A DNA stretch of 64,000 nucleotides from an uncultured Herminiimonas sp. (GCA_964406085.1 CAYOQL010000006.1:3657-67656); one strand, 5' to 3'. Positions 21,342-32,986 are shown, numbered from the stretch's first letter. Notes: a model not told the origin generated them from the letters alone. Program-made: numbers and translations.

Positions 21342-22442
21342 TTACTCAGGGGATCTGGCAACGTCCGCAATTTGTACGGTATCGGTAACCTGCATCACCA
21401 GCCCGTACGAGATATTGTTGAAGACGCGGAAGATCAGCAGCGTCCCATACGTTTCGTCGGGCAGCTTGATGAGGCCGCGGCCATTGCCTTCGGTACGATC
21501 GGCGACCAGCAGGCCCAGGCGCTGCAGCTCCAATACGGTACCGATATCCAGGCCATCCTTGCTGCCGCGATTGATCGATACGATTTGATTCTGACCGGCT
21601 TGCGAGACGCCGCCGTACACGGCCACGATTTGCGCATCCACTTGCTGTTCAGGTGCATGTGGCACGCTGTTCATGAAGGGCTTGGGCTCCACCGCGATCA
21701 GACGATCGCGCACGCCCATTTCTTCCTTGACGTTGGTCACGGTGAACGTGTGCGGCTCGTTTTCCGCTCTGCTCAAGCGCTGCAGTTTCAAGGTGCCGAG
21801 ATAAACCGATTCATAACCTATGATCTTTTTGGTCGCAGGGTCCTTCAATGGTTTGCCAGGACGGAACGCTTCAAATTCAGTGTGGCCGTTCAATTCGCCG
21901 CGCACATAGGCTTTGTCGCCACTGCCGAGGTAGACATGGCCTTCTTGCACTGCAACGATACGCGGTGCGGTGTTCAATTCATTTTCTTCGACAATCAGCG
22001 GTTTGGCCAGAAACGCTTGAATGGCTGCCAGGGTCACGGTAGAAATCGCGTCGTTAGGAGCATCGCTGGAGCGCACTTGTGGCGACAGGCGCACGGTAGA
22101 CATGTCGCCGCTATCACTGCCGGTACCTCGGCCCAGGCGCAATTTGCCAGCGACGCGATCGAAATAAACCACTTGTCCCGGATAGATCCAGTGAGGGTTG
22201 CGTATCTGCTCGCGATTCATGTCCCACACTTGCGGCCAGCACCACGGGCGCTGCAGAAATTTACCCGAAATATCCCACAAGGTATCGCCGCGCACGACTA
22301 CGTGCTGATCGGGTGCATTAGGCAAAAACGCGCAATTTGTTTTGCTGGCGACGGCTTTTGCCGGTGTCTGGGCGTAGGTACTGATGGGTAAAACGATGGA
22401 AGTGAAAGCGAGAAAGAGTGCAGCTGTGCTAAAATTTTTCAT
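21342..22442 (-). CDS. LysM domain-containing periplasmic protein (internal start with signal peptide)
   Basis: Signal peptide MKNFSTAALFLAFTSIVLPISTYA. LysM motif VVRGDTLWDISGKFL. Conserved neighbour of def/dprA. Confidence 0.75.
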   Translation of the reverse strand: MKNFSTAALFLAFTSIVLPISTYAQTPAKAVASKTNCAFLPNAPDQHVVVRGDTLWDISGKFLQRPWCWPQVWDMNREQIRNPHWIYPGQVVYFDRVAGKLRLGRGTGSDSGDMSTVRLSPQVRSSDAPNDAISTVTLAAIQAFLAKPLIVEENELNTAPRIVAVQEGHVYLGSGDKAYVRGELNGHTEFEAFRPGKPLKDPATKKIIGYESVYLGTLKLQRLSRAENEPHTFTVTNVKEEMGVRDRLIAVEPKPFMNSVPHAPEQQVDAQIVAVYGGVSQAGQNQIVSINRGSKDGLDIGTVLELQRLGLLVADRTEGNGRGLIKLPDETYGTLLIFRVFNNISYGLVMQVTDTVQIADVARSPE

Positions 22443-22617
22443 GGTTTGTCCGGTGAGCTTGACCAATTGTGACGCCATTACTGTGCTGCAGCATGTTATG
22501 AGTGAAATAACACATTCGTCAAAAAACTTGCTAAATTGAATCAAATTTTGCACATAAATCCTTGAAGTAGCAAGAAAACCACGCTGTTAACCTGCCGCCT
22601 TGTTGCGCAAAAGCCGT

Positions 22618-23151
22618 ATGTCTATATTAAATATTCTGCGTTACCCCGATTCACGGCTGCATAAAATTGCCAAGCCAGTTACCGTATTCGATGCGCGCAT
22701 CAAGACGCTGGTCGCCGATATGGCAGAAACCATGTATGACGCACCAGGCGTCGGCTTGGCCGCATCGCAGGTCGATGTGCATGAACAAGTGATCGTCATC
22801 GACACGTCGGAAACCCATTCCGAATTGCGTGCCTACATCAATCCGGAGCTGATCTGGGTCAGCCCGGAAATGCAAATCTACGATGAAGGTTGTCTGTCTG
22901 TGCCCGGCGTGTATGACGGCGTCGAACGCCATGCGAAGGTCAAGGTGCGCGCCTATGACGTCGATGGCAAGCAGTTCGAGCTGGAAGCCGAGGGCTTGCT
23001 GGCGGTATGCATACAGCATGAAATGGATCACTTGAAGGGCAAGGTATTTGTCGAATACCTGTCGCCGCTGAAGCGCAATCGCATCAAGACCAAGATGCTG
23101 AAGGAAGAGCGCGAATTGAATCGCCATAGCAACAAGGTCGCGCAACGCTGA
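22618..23151 (+). CDS. def: Peptide deformylase
   Basis: [13 protein letters not shown] and HEMDH motifs are all present. Confidence 0.95.
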   Translation: MSILNILRYPDSRLHKIAKPVTVFDARIKTLVADMAETMYDAPGVGLAASQVDVHEQVIVIDTSETHSELRAYINPELIWVSPEMQIYDEGCLSVPGVYDGVERHAKVKVRAYDVDGKQFELEAEGLLAVCIQHEMDHLKGKVFVEYLSPLKRNRIKTKMLKEERELNRHSNKVAQR

Positions 23152-23255
23152 TTGACCGGGCTGCGGCAGCGTTGTCGCAGCTAAGCCCCGTGTTCCCATG
23201 CTGCAAATGTACGCAAGGGTTCGCATCCGCCGTCTGTCGTACTACAATCCCTTCC

Positions 23256-24209
23256 ATGAAGATCATATTTGCCGGTACGCCGGAATTCGCGGCGGTTGCG
23301 TTGGCAGCCTTGCACGCGGCCGGGTTCGAGATTCCGCTGGTGTTGACGCAGCCGGATCGCCCTGCCGGCCGCGGCATGCAATTGCATGCATCCGCTGTCA
23401 AACAGTTTGCATTGGCGCATAACATTCCGGTGGCGCAACCGGTGTCGCTGCGTCTGGATGGCAAATTCCCCGAAGTCGCGCAACAAGCGCACGACTTGCT
23501 GCGCGCCACCCCGCACGACGTCATGGTGGTGGCTGCGTATGGTTTGATCCTGCCGCAATCGGTGCTGGATATTCCGCCGCTCGGCTGCCTGAATATTCAC
23601 GCGTCTTTGCTGCCACGCTGGCGCGGCGCCGCCCCCATTCACAGGGCGATTGAAGTCGGCGATGCCGAAACCGGCGTCACCATCATGCAGATGGAGCTGG
23701 GTCTGGATACCGGGCCCATGCTGTTGATGCGCAGTCTGCCGATCGCAGCCGACGACACGACCGCGAGTCTGCACGACAAGCTGGCCAAGCTCGGAGGCGA
23801 GATGATCGTCGAGGCCTTGCGCAAGCTGGAGCAAGGCGGCCTGACTGCAACGCCGCAGCCGGAAGCGGGCGCGAACTACGCGGCAAAAATTGCGAAGGAT
23901 GAGGCAACACTTGACCTCGATCAATCGGCAACCGAGCTCGCGCGCAAGATACGGGCATTCAATCCCTTCCCCGGTGCAATGGGTATCTGCAATGGCACGC
24001 CGGTGAAATTCTGGCAGGCCGAAGCAGTGGAATCTTCAAATCAATGGGAAGTTGGCCAGGTCATCTCGGCCAATGCGCATGACGGGGTGGTGATTGCGTG
24101 CGGCGAGGGTGCCCTGCGCGTCAGTGAACTGCAAAAGCCGGGCGGCAAGCGCTTGTCGGCCGCTGAGTTCATCAAGGGATTTCCCTTGCAGGATCAGTGT
24201 TTCGACTGA
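23256..24209 (+). CDS. fmt: Methionyl-tRNA formyltransferase
   Basis: [12 protein letters not shown] start and the [14 protein letters not shown] motif. Follows def. Confidence 0.95.
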   Translation: MKIIFAGTPEFAAVALAALHAAGFEIPLVLTQPDRPAGRGMQLHASAVKQFALAHNIPVAQPVSLRLDGKFPEVAQQAHDLLRATPHDVMVVAAYGLILPQSVLDIPPLGCLNIHASLLPRWRGAAPIHRAIEVGDAETGVTIMQMELGLDTGPMLLMRSLPIAADDTTASLHDKLAKLGGEMIVEALRKLEQGGLTATPQPEAGANYAAKIAKDEATLDLDQSATELARKIRAFNPFPGAMGICNGTPVKFWQAEAVESSNQWEVGQVISANAHDGVVIACGEGALRVSELQKPGGKRLSAAEFIKGFPLQDQCFD

Positions 24210-24334
24210 AGTTCGTTGACTTTCCGCTGACTTGCACAGTGGTTGTACCTTTCCGCAAACCATTGATTTCACGTATAATTTTTACTGCGCCGATTTGATT
24301 GAACAAGTCAAAACCAGCTTGCGGGCGCCAGAAT

Positions 24335-24351
24335 AAATTCCCTGGGAATTT
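24335..24351. promoter_or_regulatory. Perfect palindrome AAATTCCC-T-GGGAATTT upstream of metH (candidate regulator site)
   Basis: Seen directly in the sequence, 107 bp upstream of the metH ATG. Confidence 0.35.
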
Positions 24352-24383
24352 ACTCTAAAAATACTGCTAAAGCGGCGCTTGGT

Positions 24384-24415
24384 AACCCGGTCCCGTTCTA
24401 CAGACCGGGTTTTTG
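24384..24415 (+). promoter_or_regulatory. Terminator-like hairpin plus T run inside the metH leader (possible attenuator)
   Basis: AACCCGGTC-N10-GACCGGGTT followed by TTTT, 43 nt before the metH ATG. Confidence 0.45.
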
Positions 24416-24457
24416 CATTTATGCATAGAAACGTTAACGATCAATAAAGAATTCACA

Positions 24458-27400
24458 ATGAAACGCGACGCTATCTCCCCGACCGAAACTCTCTTGCGCG
24501 ACCTGATGGCGCGCCGCATCCTGATTCTGGATGGCGCGATGGGAACCATGATTCAGCAATACAAGCTGACGGAAGAGGATTATCGCGGCACGCGTTTTGC
24601 GGATCTGGCTGCTGCTGGTGTGCATGTGCCGGCCGGTCGTGAACTGTTCGTCAAAGGCAATAATGAATTGCTGTCGCTGACCCAGCCACATGTCATCAGC
24701 GAAATTCATGAAAAGTATCTTGCCGCAGGCGCCGATCTGATCGAAAGCAATACCTTTGGTGCGACCACCGTGGCGCAAGATGATTACCACATGGGTCATC
24801 TGGCTTATGAAATGAACGTCGCATCGGCGCGCCTGGCGCGTGCAGCCTGCGACAAGTATTCGACGCCGGACAAGCCGCGTTTTGTCGCCGGCGCGTTGGG
24901 ACCCACACCGAAGACGGCATCGATCTCGCCGGACGTCAACGACCCGGCTGCACGCAATGTGACTTACGATCAACTGGTCACTGCGTATCTGGATCAGACG
25001 CGTGCATTGGTCGAAGGTGGTGCCGATGTGCTGCTGGTTGAAACCATTTTCGATACCTTGAACTGCAAGGCAGCCTTGTTCGCGATCGATCAGTTTTTTG
25101 AGGAGTCGGGCAAGCGTTTGCCGATCATGATTTCCGGTACGGTGACCGATGCTTCGGGCCGTATTCTGTCCGGCCAGACCGTGCCTGCATTCTGGCATTC
25201 GATACGCCATGCGCGTCCGCTGACCGTGGGTTTGAACTGCGCCCTTGGTGCCGCGTTGATGCGTCCGTATGCGGAAGAATTGTCGAAGATAGCCGATACC
25301 TATGTCTGCATTTATCCGAATGCGGGCTTGCCGAATCCGATGAGCGATACCGGTTTCGACGAGACTCCGGATGTGACGTCATCTTTGCTGAAAGACTTTG
25401 CCGAAAGCGGTTTCGTCAATATCGCTGGCGGTTGCTGCGGTACCACGCCCGACCATATTCGGGCGATCGCAGAAACGGTCAAGACGATCGAGCCGCGGCT
25501 GGTGCCTTCGGTTGCGCCGACCATGAAATTGTCCGGTCTGGAACCGTTTGTGATCGACGATCAGTCGCTGTTCGTCAATGTCGGCGAACGCACCAATGTC
25601 ACCGGCTCGAAAGCGTTTGCACGCCTGATCATCAACGAGCAATACGATGAAGCCTTGGCGGTTGCGCGTCAGCAGGTAGAGAACGGCGCGCAAGTCATCG
25701 ACATCAATATGGATGAAGCGATGCTCGATTCGCAAGCGGCGATGTCGCGCTTTTTGAATCTGGTGGCGTCCGAGCCGGATATCGCACGCGTTCCTCTCAT
25801 GATCGATTCGTCCAAATGGTCGGTGATAGAAGCCGGCTTGAAATGCGTGCAGGGCAAGGCGATCGTCAATTCGATCTCGATGAAAGAGGGCGAAGAGAAA
25901 TTCCTGCATGAAGCGAAGCTGTGCCGTCGTTACGGCGCAGCCGTGATCGTCATGGCCTTCGATGAAAAAGGCCAGGCCGATACCTTCGAACGCAAGATTG
26001 AGATCTGCGAACGCGCGTACAACTTGCTGGTCAAGGAAGTGGATTTCCCGCCGGAAGACATTATCTTCGATCCGAATATTTTCGCGATCGCGACCGGTAT
26101 TGAAGAGCACAATAATTACGCGGTCGACTTCATCAATTCAGTACGCTGGATCAAGGAGAATCTGCCACACGCAAAAATCAGCGGCGGCGTGTCCAACGTC
26201 AGCTTCAGCTTCCGCGGCAATGATCCCGCGCGTGAGGCAATCCACACGGTGTTTCTGTATCACGCGATCAAGGCCGGCATGACGATGGGCATCGTCAACG
26301 CCGGCATGGTGGGCGTGTACGACAATCTGCCTGCAGAGCTGAAAGAACGCGTAGAAGACGTGGTGCTGAATCGTCGCGAAGATGCGACCGAACGCATGAT
26401 TGAAATCGCGTCGACGCTGAAGGCTGGCGACAAGAAGGAAGAAGCCACGCTCGAATGGCGCAGCGGCACTGTGCAGCAGCGTCTGGCGCATGCGCTGGTG
26501 CAAGGCATCACACAATGGATAGTGGAAGATACCGAAGAAGCGCGGCAGGAATTACTGGCCAATGGCGGGCGGCCTATCCATGTGATCGAAGGTCCATTGA
26601 TGGACGGCATGAACATCGTCGGCGATTTGTTCGGCCAGGGCAAAATGTTTTTGCCGCAAGTCGTTAAATCTGCGCGCGTGATGAAGCAGGCAGTCGCCCA
26701 TCTGATTCCATTCATTGAAGAAGAAAAGCGCTTGCTGCAAGAGCAGACCGGCATCGTCAGCAAACCGAAAGGCAAGATCGTGATCGCCACGGTCAAAGGC
26801 GACGTACATGACATCGGCAAGAATATTGTGTCGGTCGTCCTGCAATGCAATAACTTCGAAGTCGTCAACATGGGCGTGATGGTGCCGTGTTCCGAAATTC
26901 TGGCGAAGGCCAAGGAAGAGAATGCCGACATCATCGGTCTGTCGGGTTTGATTACGCCGTCGCTGGAAGAAATGGCTTACGTCGCCAAGGAAATGCAGCG
27001 CGACGAATACTTCCGCGGTCTGAAAGTGCCGCTGCTGATCGGTGGTGCGACCACCAGTCGCGCGCATACCGCAGTCAAGATCGCGCACAACTATGACGGT
27101 CCGGTGGTCTATGTACCGGACGCATCGCGCTCGGTCTCGGTCGCGCAATCATTGCTGACGCCCGAGCATCGCGACGCCTATATTGCCGAGATCGCCACCG
27201 ACTACGAACGCATACGTGAGCAGCACGCGAATAAAAAAGCCGTGCCGATGTTGAGTTTGGCGGATGCGCGTGCCAACAAAACGAAACTCGATTTCACCGG
27301 CAAGTTCGCGCCCGTCAAACCGAAATTTATTGGGCGTCGCGTGTTCAAGAACGTTGATCTGGCGACGATTGCGCAATATATAGACTGGGGCCCGTTCTTC

Positions 27401-28234
27401 CAGACTTGGGATCTTGCCGGCCCCTATCCTGCGATCCTGAAAGATGAAGTGGTCGGCGATGCGGCGACCAAGGTGTTTGCTGAAGGTCAGGCCTTGCTGA
27501 AGAAGGTCATCGACGGGCGCTGGCTGACCGCCAATGGCGTGATCGCTCTGCTGCCTGCCAACAGCGTCAATGATGATGACATTGAAGTCTATACCGATGA
27601 AACGCGCAGCAAGGTTGCGTTTACCTATTACGGCTTGCGTCAGCAGACAGTCAAGCCGGTGATCGACGGCGTGGCGCGCCCGAATCAATGTCTGGCCGAT
27701 TTCATCGCGCCGAAATCATCCGGGGTGGCGGACTACATTGGCTTGTTTGCCGTGACGGCTGGCCTTGGTATCGAGAAGTATGAAAAGCGCTTTGAAGATG
27801 CGCATGACGATTACTCATCGATCATGCTGAAGTCGCTGGCCGATCGTCTGGCCGAAGCATTTGCCGAGCATTTGCATGAGCGCGTGCGCAAGGATTTGTG
27901 GGGCTACGCCAGCGACGAGCATTTGAGCAACGAAGCCTTGATCAAGGAAGAATATCTGGGCATACGCCCAGCGCCTGGCTACCCGGCGTGTCCCGAGCAT
28001 ACGGTCAAGGCCGAGATGTTCAAGACCTTGCAGGCAGAAGAAATCGGCATGATGCTGACCGATTCGTTTGCGATGTTCCCGGGTGCTGCAGTGTCAGGTT
28101 TTTACTTTGCCCATCCGGAAGCGAAATACTTTGTGGTTGGCAAGGTTGGCAACGATCAGGTGAGCGATATGGTAAAACGTCGAGGTGCGTCGAAAGAGGA
28201 TGTGGAACGGTGGCTGGCGCCCAACCTGTTGTAA
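24458..28234 (+). CDS. metH: Cobalamin-dependent methionine synthase
   Basis: About 1258 aa. The Hcy-binding, pterin-binding, B12-binding ([10 protein letters not shown]) and AdoMet-activation modules are all recognisable. Confidence 0.95.
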   Translation: MKRDAISPTETLLRDLMARRILILDGAMGTMIQQYKLTEEDYRGTRFADLAAAGVHVPAGRELFVKGNNELLSLTQPHVISEIHEKYLAAGADLIESNTFGATTVAQDDYHMGHLAYEMNVASARLARAACDKYSTPDKPRFVAGALGPTPKTASISPDVNDPAARNVTYDQLVTAYLDQTRALVEGGADVLLVETIFDTLNCKAALFAIDQFFEESGKRLPIMISGTVTDASGRILSGQTVPAFWHSIRHARPLTVGLNCALGAALMRPYAEELSKIADTYVCIYPNAGLPNPMSDTGFDETPDVTSSLLKDFAESGFVNIAGGCCGTTPDHIRAIAETVKTIEPRLVPSVAPTMKLSGLEPFVIDDQSLFVNVGERTNVTGSKAFARLIINEQYDEALAVARQQVENGAQVIDINMDEAMLDSQAAMSRFLNLVASEPDIARVPLMIDSSKWSVIEAGLKCVQGKAIVNSISMKEGEEKFLHEAKLCRRYGAAVIVMAFDEKGQADTFERKIEICERAYNLLVKEVDFPPEDIIFDPNIFAIATGIEEHNNYAVDFINSVRWIKENLPHAKISGGVSNVSFSFRGNDPAREAIHTVFLYHAIKAGMTMGIVNAGMVGVYDNLPAELKERVEDVVLNRREDATERMIEIASTLKAGDKKEEATLEWRSGTVQQRLAHALVQGITQWIVEDTEEARQELLANGGRPIHVIEGPLMDGMNIVGDLFGQGKMFLPQVVKSARVMKQAVAHLIPFIEEEKRLLQEQTGIVSKPKGKIVIATVKGDVHDIGKNIVSVVLQCNNFEVVNMGVMVPCSEILAKAKEENADIIGLSGLITPSLEEMAYVAKEMQRDEYFRGLKVPLLIGGATTSRAHTAVKIAHNYDGPVVYVPDASRSVSVAQSLLTPEHRDAYIAEIATDYERIREQHANKKAVPMLSLADARANKTKLDFTGKFAPVKPKFIGRRVFKNVDLATIAQYIDWGPFFQTWDLAGPYPAILKDEVVGDAATKVFAEGQALLKKVIDGRWLTANGVIALLPANSVNDDDIEVYTDETRSKVAFTYYGLRQQTVKPVIDGVARPNQCLADFIAPKSSGVADYIGLFAVTAGLGIEKYEKRFEDAHDDYSSIMLKSLADRLAEAFAEHLHERVRKDLWGYASDEHLSNEALIKEEYLGIRPAPGYPACPEHTVKAEMFKTLQAEEIGMMLTDSFAMFPGAAVSGFYFAHPEAKYFVVGKVGNDQVSDMVKRRGASKEDVERWLAPNLL

Positions 28235-28278
28235 TCCGATGCATCGCGCGACAGGTGGTCGCCCGACAGTCGCACAAC

Positions 28279-28311
28279 AAAAAAAGCTGCAATAAATTTT
28301 GCAGCTTTTTT
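28279..28311. terminator. Bidirectional rho-independent terminator
   Basis: AAAAAAAGCTGCA-N8-TGCAGCTTTTTT between convergent metH and the amidotransferase gene. Confidence 0.7.
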
Positions 28312-28354
28312 ATATCTGGTCGGGTTTGATTGCCAGCCGAGCAAGAGACAGCGC

Positions 28355-29122
28355 TTAGGCCAGCGGTAAACCATCGATGAATACTTTCAATTCGCCGGTC
28401 TTGAATGCCACCCATGTTTCATTCGTGGTCAATGGCTCGGTAACGATGATGGCGACGCGATCATTCGGCGTGGTCACTTCAGAAAAATCCACTTTTATGT
28501 CTTCATCGGACAGCACGGCTTCAGCAAATGGATATTGCCGCACGATGTAATGCAGATTGGTCGAGCAGTGTGCAAAGAGTGCCGAGCCATCTGACAGCAT
28601 CATGTTGAATGTGCCATGCGTGGCGATCTCGCTGCACAGCGCGTCTATCGCAGCAGTCAGTTGCGGCAGTGTCGGCAAGGCGTCGTGAAAGCGGCGGCGT
28701 AGTTCCTGCAGGATGTAGCAGAATGCCGCTTCGCTGTCGGTGCTGCCCACCGGCCGGTAAGGGCCGTTCAATTCCGGATTGAAATCTTTCAGGTCGCCGT
28801 TGTGGGCAAAGACGAAATAGCGCCCCCATAGTTCGCGTACGAATGGATGGCAATTCTCCAACGCGATGTGGCCTTGCGTCGCCTTGCGGATATGCGCGAT
28901 CACATTCTTTGATTTGATCGGGCAACGTCGTATCAGCTCGGCAACCGGAGATTCGGTGGCTGATTGATAATCGACAAAATGACGCACGCCTGCGCCTTCA
29001 AAAAAGGCAATGCCCCACCCGTCATTGTGATTATCGGTGCGGCCACCGCGTGTGGCAAAGCCGGTGAAGCTGAACACGATATCGGTGGGAACATTGCAAT
29101 TCATTCCAAGAAGCTGACACAT
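28355..29122 (-). CDS. Class II (Ntn) glutamine amidotransferase, YafJ-like
   Basis: MCQLLGM N-terminal nucleophile Cys2. 255 aa. Confidence 0.8.
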   Translation of the reverse strand: MCQLLGMNCNVPTDIVFSFTGFATRGGRTDNHNDGWGIAFFEGAGVRHFVDYQSATESPVAELIRRCPIKSKNVIAHIRKATQGHIALENCHPFVRELWGRYFVFAHNGDLKDFNPELNGPYRPVGSTDSEAAFCYILQELRRRFHDALPTLPQLTAAIDALCSEIATHGTFNMMLSDGSALFAHCSTNLHYIVRQYPFAEAVLSDEDIKVDFSEVTTPNDRVAIIVTEPLTTNETWVAFKTGELKVFIDGLPLA

Positions 29123-29375
29123 GGATTTCCGTAATTATTTGTGATGTAAAGCGGCTGGCTTTTGTTGCGCAGGTTTTTCAACACAGTATCACGACTCGCC
29201 TCATGCTCAACGTTGGTCCGGCATTTCGGCGAGGTTTTGACCAAGGACGATCTGTGGTGTTTTCCGCATAAAACAGTGAAATATCGATCACTTGCCGAGT
29301 CGGAAATGGAATGTCAAAGTCCGGTCATAATCGACAACTAGCATGAGCGCTATCAATTTATCTATCGGGTGACTC

Positions 29376-30587
29376 ATGAGCGTGCGAAATTTACTGATCC
29401 AGGGTGGTACCAGTCTTGTACAAAATGCGCAGGGCGTAACGAACTGGAGCACCAGGGCAATTGCCACTTCGCACGCCTGCATTGACAGCATTGCGGCGAC
29501 GCCGAACCATGCAGCTCGTCCACCAACGGTGTTTGATGCCGGTGGCTTGCTGGTGTTGCCTGGCATGGTGGATATTCATGGCGATGCTTTCGAGCGGCAA
29601 TTGCAGCCGAGGGCAGATGCCTTCTTTTCCCATGAGATCGCGCTGGCGGATACGGATCGTCAGTTAGTCGCCAACGGCATTACGACGGCCTGCCATGGAT
29701 TGACTTATTCGTGGGAGGGCGGCTTGCGCGGGCGTGAATCCGCGATCGCATTGCTGGAACAAGTCGCGGGGCAACGCAAGATGAACCATGCAGATCACCG
29801 CATTCATTTACGCTTTGAAAATCATCACATCGACGGCCTGGCCGATGCCTTGCAATGGATACATCAGGGGCGCATTGATTTCCTCGCCTTTAATGAGCAT
29901 CTGCCTGCGATTGCGGAAAAATCCCTGTCGCCGGAAAAGTTGGCTACTTATAGCGAGCGAGCGCGTTGCGATACGCAGACCTATCTGCGTCGCTTAAAAA
30001 AGGCACAGGAGCGTTCTGATCAGGTGCCCTATGTCATCGCCACACTGGCCAAAGCCTGTCGTGCACGCGGCGTGCCTATGGCTTCGCACGGCGACCAGAC
30101 GTTCCTGCAAAGGGAGCGTTATCAGGAATTAGGTGTGACCATCAGCGAATTCCCGCGCACGCAGGAGGCAATTTTGACAGCGATGGGGTTGGATAATCAG
30201 GTGGTGATGGGCGCACCGAATGTCTTGTTAAGCGGTAGCCATTGCGGTGGCCTGGCGACCGAAGATGCCGTCAGGAGCGGTATGTGCGACATGCTGGCTT
30301 CCGATTATTATTATCCGGCGATGTTGCATGCACCCTTCAAGCTGGCGCATCTGGGTTTGTGTACGCTGGCACAGGCATGGTGTCTGGTGGCGCAAAATCC
30401 GGCTCGTGCCTTGGGTCTGGAAGATCGCGGTCACATACGTGATGGCGGCCGTGCCGATATGTTGATGGTGGATGTGTCAGCGGCAGGCAGCGCGCGTCTG
30501 GTGGCGACGATTGCGGCTGGCAAAATCGCCTACTGTGCAGATCCTGCACGTTTGCACATGCCACAGTCGCATGAGTTGGTGGCCTGA
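29376..30587 (+). CDS. PhnM-like amidohydrolase
   Basis: VDIHGDAFER metal-binding motif and amidohydrolase fold length (403 aa). No other phn genes are nearby. Confidence 0.65.
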   Translation: MSVRNLLIQGGTSLVQNAQGVTNWSTRAIATSHACIDSIAATPNHAARPPTVFDAGGLLVLPGMVDIHGDAFERQLQPRADAFFSHEIALADTDRQLVANGITTACHGLTYSWEGGLRGRESAIALLEQVAGQRKMNHADHRIHLRFENHHIDGLADALQWIHQGRIDFLAFNEHLPAIAEKSLSPEKLATYSERARCDTQTYLRRLKKAQERSDQVPYVIATLAKACRARGVPMASHGDQTFLQRERYQELGVTISEFPRTQEAILTAMGLDNQVVMGAPNVLLSGSHCGGLATEDAVRSGMCDMLASDYYYPAMLHAPFKLAHLGLCTLAQAWCLVAQNPARALGLEDRGHIRDGGRADMLMVDVSAAGSARLVATIAAGKIAYCADPARLHMPQSHELVA

Positions 30588-30642
30588 GGGAAGGTAACTG
30601 ATCCAGTTTTGCAGTAGGGCGCCGGACGCGCAGCTCATTTTC

Positions 30643-31338
30643 TTAGCCGTCAACTTTTGTAGCGGTGTTTTGCTCAAGTTTTATCCGGCAATGCCATAAG
30701 TCATGTCCCGATGCCTGATATTTTTGCTCGAACGGCGTAATTGCAGCTTGCGGTACGTAAGGCAGACAAGCCACTTGCTGCTTAGTTACCAACGCCAATG
30801 CTGAGCTGAATTCTTCAATATAGATGCGCCAGTTGCTGCGACATTCCAGCGTGCCACCCAGCGCAATAATCGTCGGGAAAATAGCGTGTCCATGCCAGCG
30901 CCGTGCCAGATGCCCTATCTTCGGCCATGGATTGGGATATAGAAGGTAATGTCGCTCCAGCCTTATCCCGCTGTGCAATAGCAGCCGCCAGTAATCAACC
31001 AGATCGGCCCGCACACGCGTGAAATTGTGCGGCAGCGCTTGCGGCCATTGCGTATTGCGAGCGATCCGATCTGCGGATTGATCGACGCCGATCACAAAAT
31101 GATCGGGGAATTGCGTTGCCAGATGCAATGTTGACAAGCCCACACCGCAAGCGGCATCCAGTATCAACGGCTTTGCACCTGCAGCCCGCCAGGCATCAAT
31201 GCTGTGCTCGAATGCAACGCGATTGTAATCAGTAACGGGTTTTTGAAACGGGTGTGTGAGGTGTTTGATCAGCAGTGCGTTCAAGTCTTTGTGCACATCG
31301 CTTTGACTGCTGCTGATTTGATGGGAGTTCGCCTGCAT
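30643..31338 (-). CDS. TrmB-like SAM-dependent methyltransferase
   Basis: LDAACGVGLS SAM motif and YPNPWPKIGHLARRWHGH, which resembles the TrmB family signature. Confidence 0.6.
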   Translation of the reverse strand: MQANSHQISSSQSDVHKDLNALLIKHLTHPFQKPVTDYNRVAFEHSIDAWRAAGAKPLILDAACGVGLSTLHLATQFPDHFVIGVDQSADRIARNTQWPQALPHNFTRVRADLVDYWRLLLHSGIRLERHYLLYPNPWPKIGHLARRWHGHAIFPTIIALGGTLECRSNWRIYIEEFSSALALVTKQQVACLPYVPQAAITPFEQKYQASGHDLWHCRIKLEQNTATKVDG

Positions 31339-31401
31339 CGCGATAGAACGGAAAAGAAAATGGAGGAGTTATGCTTTCGGGATGTCGAATGATAAATGAA
31401 A

Positions 31402-31430
31402 TTCAGGCAATAAAAAAGCGATCCCTGCGG
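31402..31430. terminator. Bidirectional rho-independent terminator
   Basis: AAAAAAGCGATCC-CTGC-GGATCGCTTTTT. Confidence 0.65.
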
Positions 31431-31456
31431 ATCGCTTTTTCTGATATGAAGCATGA

Positions 31457-31714
31457 TTAATGAAAGACGACTGCCTGGCTCATGAATGGATCATAGTTGC
31501 CGAGAAAATCATCAATTTCTTCCACACTTGGTTCGGTGGCGATCAAATCCTTCACTTCGCGGCGAAACGATTCTGCCAGTGCACCCGCGATGAATACTTC
31601 GCGCTTGGATGGTTTATCCATGATTTCATAACCGCCGAAACGCAATGCGTCCTGATCGGCGTCCACACCGAATTCCACTACGCTGTACTGATCGCTGTTG
31701 TAGATAACGTTCAT
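31457..31714 (-). CDS. DUF3567-like small protein
   Basis: MNVIYNSDQYSVVEFG start with GGAG upstream. 85 aa. Confidence 0.55.
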   Translation of the reverse strand: MNVIYNSDQYSVVEFGVDADQDALRFGGYEIMDKPSKREVFIAGALAESFRREVKDLIATEPSVEEIDDFLGNYDPFMSQAVVFH

Positions 31715-31907
31715 ATGAATCTCCTGTTGCCAATGCAATGAAATCATTGCGTTGATAGAGAAATGGCGCAGATTGGAAAAATTTCAAGCCCTGAACCAAA
31801 TCTCTGGTTCATAAGTTGGTAACGGCTTGTAACAGCAAATATTGAGCAGAACTAACGATGATTAACAATGTGAGTAAAACAACATGTTTGTTTTCGTTGT
31901 TGTTTAG

Positions 31908-32273
31908 TTATGCATTGCACACGATGTCATCTGTGAGCGACATCAAACTGTCGTAAGGTGCTTGCGAGAGAAAGAGGCGAAGTTGGTCTATGTGTTCGCT
32001 ATTGGCAACGCTGATGTAAAGTCGTTCTGGCTTGGTGCGCAACATCCGATTCAAATGCACGCGCATGATCATGTTGCCAACGCAGCACATGCAGCCTGGT
32101 GCAATGCGGACAACGGTCAGAGTGGGGCTGGACGCCAAAGTATCGATTGCACTGGTGCCGTCGGGCAGGCCTTCTAGAATAATCGCGGTCTGCAGGCTGG
32201 GATCGAGGTGGCGGAGAATGACGGCTTCGCGGTCTTTGGCGCGCGCGCCCATCACCAGGGACGTCAGTGTCAT
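31908..32273 (-). CDS. CobW/HypB/UreG-like small protein lacking a P-loop
   Basis: GCMCCVGN and LYISVANSEHIDQL resemble the CobW GCICC and switch regions. The N-terminus (LVMGARAKDRE) has no GxxGxGKT. The start overlaps the stop of the upstream response-regulator gene. Confidence 0.5.
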   Translation of the reverse strand: MTLTSLVMGARAKDREAVILRHLDPSLQTAIILEGLPDGTSAIDTLASSPTLTVVRIAPGCMCCVGNMIMRVHLNRMLRTKPERLYISVANSEHIDQLRLFLSQAPYDSLMSLTDDIVCNA

Positions 32274-32986
32274 ATTCCTTTTTTTGCAATCTTGCCCGGC
32301 TCTACACCCAACTGCTTGAGCTTGCGATACAGGTGCGTGCGTTCCAGTCCGGTTTTTTCCGCTACGCGCGTCATGCTGCCGCCCTCTTGCCCCAGATGAT
32401 GTTCGAAGTATGCGCGCTCGAAAGCATCGCGTGCTTCGCGCAAAGGCAATTCAAACGAGGCAGTAAAGAATTGGGTATCGGCCGACATCAGTGATGCAGG
32501 AATATTTTGCTGGTAAGCGATGCCGGTTGCTGGTAGCAAATTTTTATCGTTAGCCAGATGGTGGGGGTCTACTGAGGCGATAGGCGCACGCACTGGAATG
32601 GCCGCTACGCGGGTGACCTCCTGTCCGCGCGAAATACCTTGTTGTACGGCTTTCAAAAGCTTTTGCAACGAGATAGGCTTTTCGAGGAAGTTGAGCGCAC
32701 CTATGCGGGTTGCTTCGACTGCAGTATCGATGGTCGCATGCCCCGACATCATGATCACCGGCATCGTCAGCAAGCCATCGCGTTGCCATTCCTTGAGCAG
32801 GGTGACGCCGTCTGTGTCGGGCATCCAGATATCCAGTAAAACCAGATCAGGTTTTGCCGCTGCACGCAATTCTCTTGCTTGCTGGGCGTTTTCGGCTGTT
32901 GCCACGACGTGCCCTTCATCTCCCAGAATTTCGGAGAGCAATTCGCGTATTCCCATTTCATCGTCAACAACTAAAATATTTGCCAT
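32270..32986 (-). CDS. NtrX-like response regulator (REC plus Fis-type HTH, no AAA+ domain)
   Basis: ILVVDDE...DLVLLDIWMPD receiver motifs. The C-terminal HTH is GGSMTRVAEKTGLERTHLYRKLK. 238 aa. Confidence 0.85.
   Translation of the reverse strand: MANILVVDDEMGIRELLSEILGDEGHVVATAENAQQARELRAAAKPDLVLLDIWMPDTDGVTLLKEWQRDGLLTMPVIMMSGHATIDTAVEATRIGALNFLEKPISLQKLLKAVQQGISRGQEVTRVAAIPVRAPIASVDPHHLANDKNLLPATGIAYQQNIPASLMSADTQFFTASFELPLREARDAFERAYFEHHLGQEGGSMTRVAEKTGLERTHLYRKLKQLGVEPGKIAKKGI

Noticed and set aside
24290-24420. Possible SAH or SAM-II riboswitch upstream of metH.
   Set aside because: I could not find the conserved SAH cores as I remember them (AGGCUCGG-type and AACGGCGCUCA-type segments) or a SAM-II-like pseudoknot. 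Only AAGCGGCGCUU is vaguely similar. It is kept as an unclassified leader hairpin.
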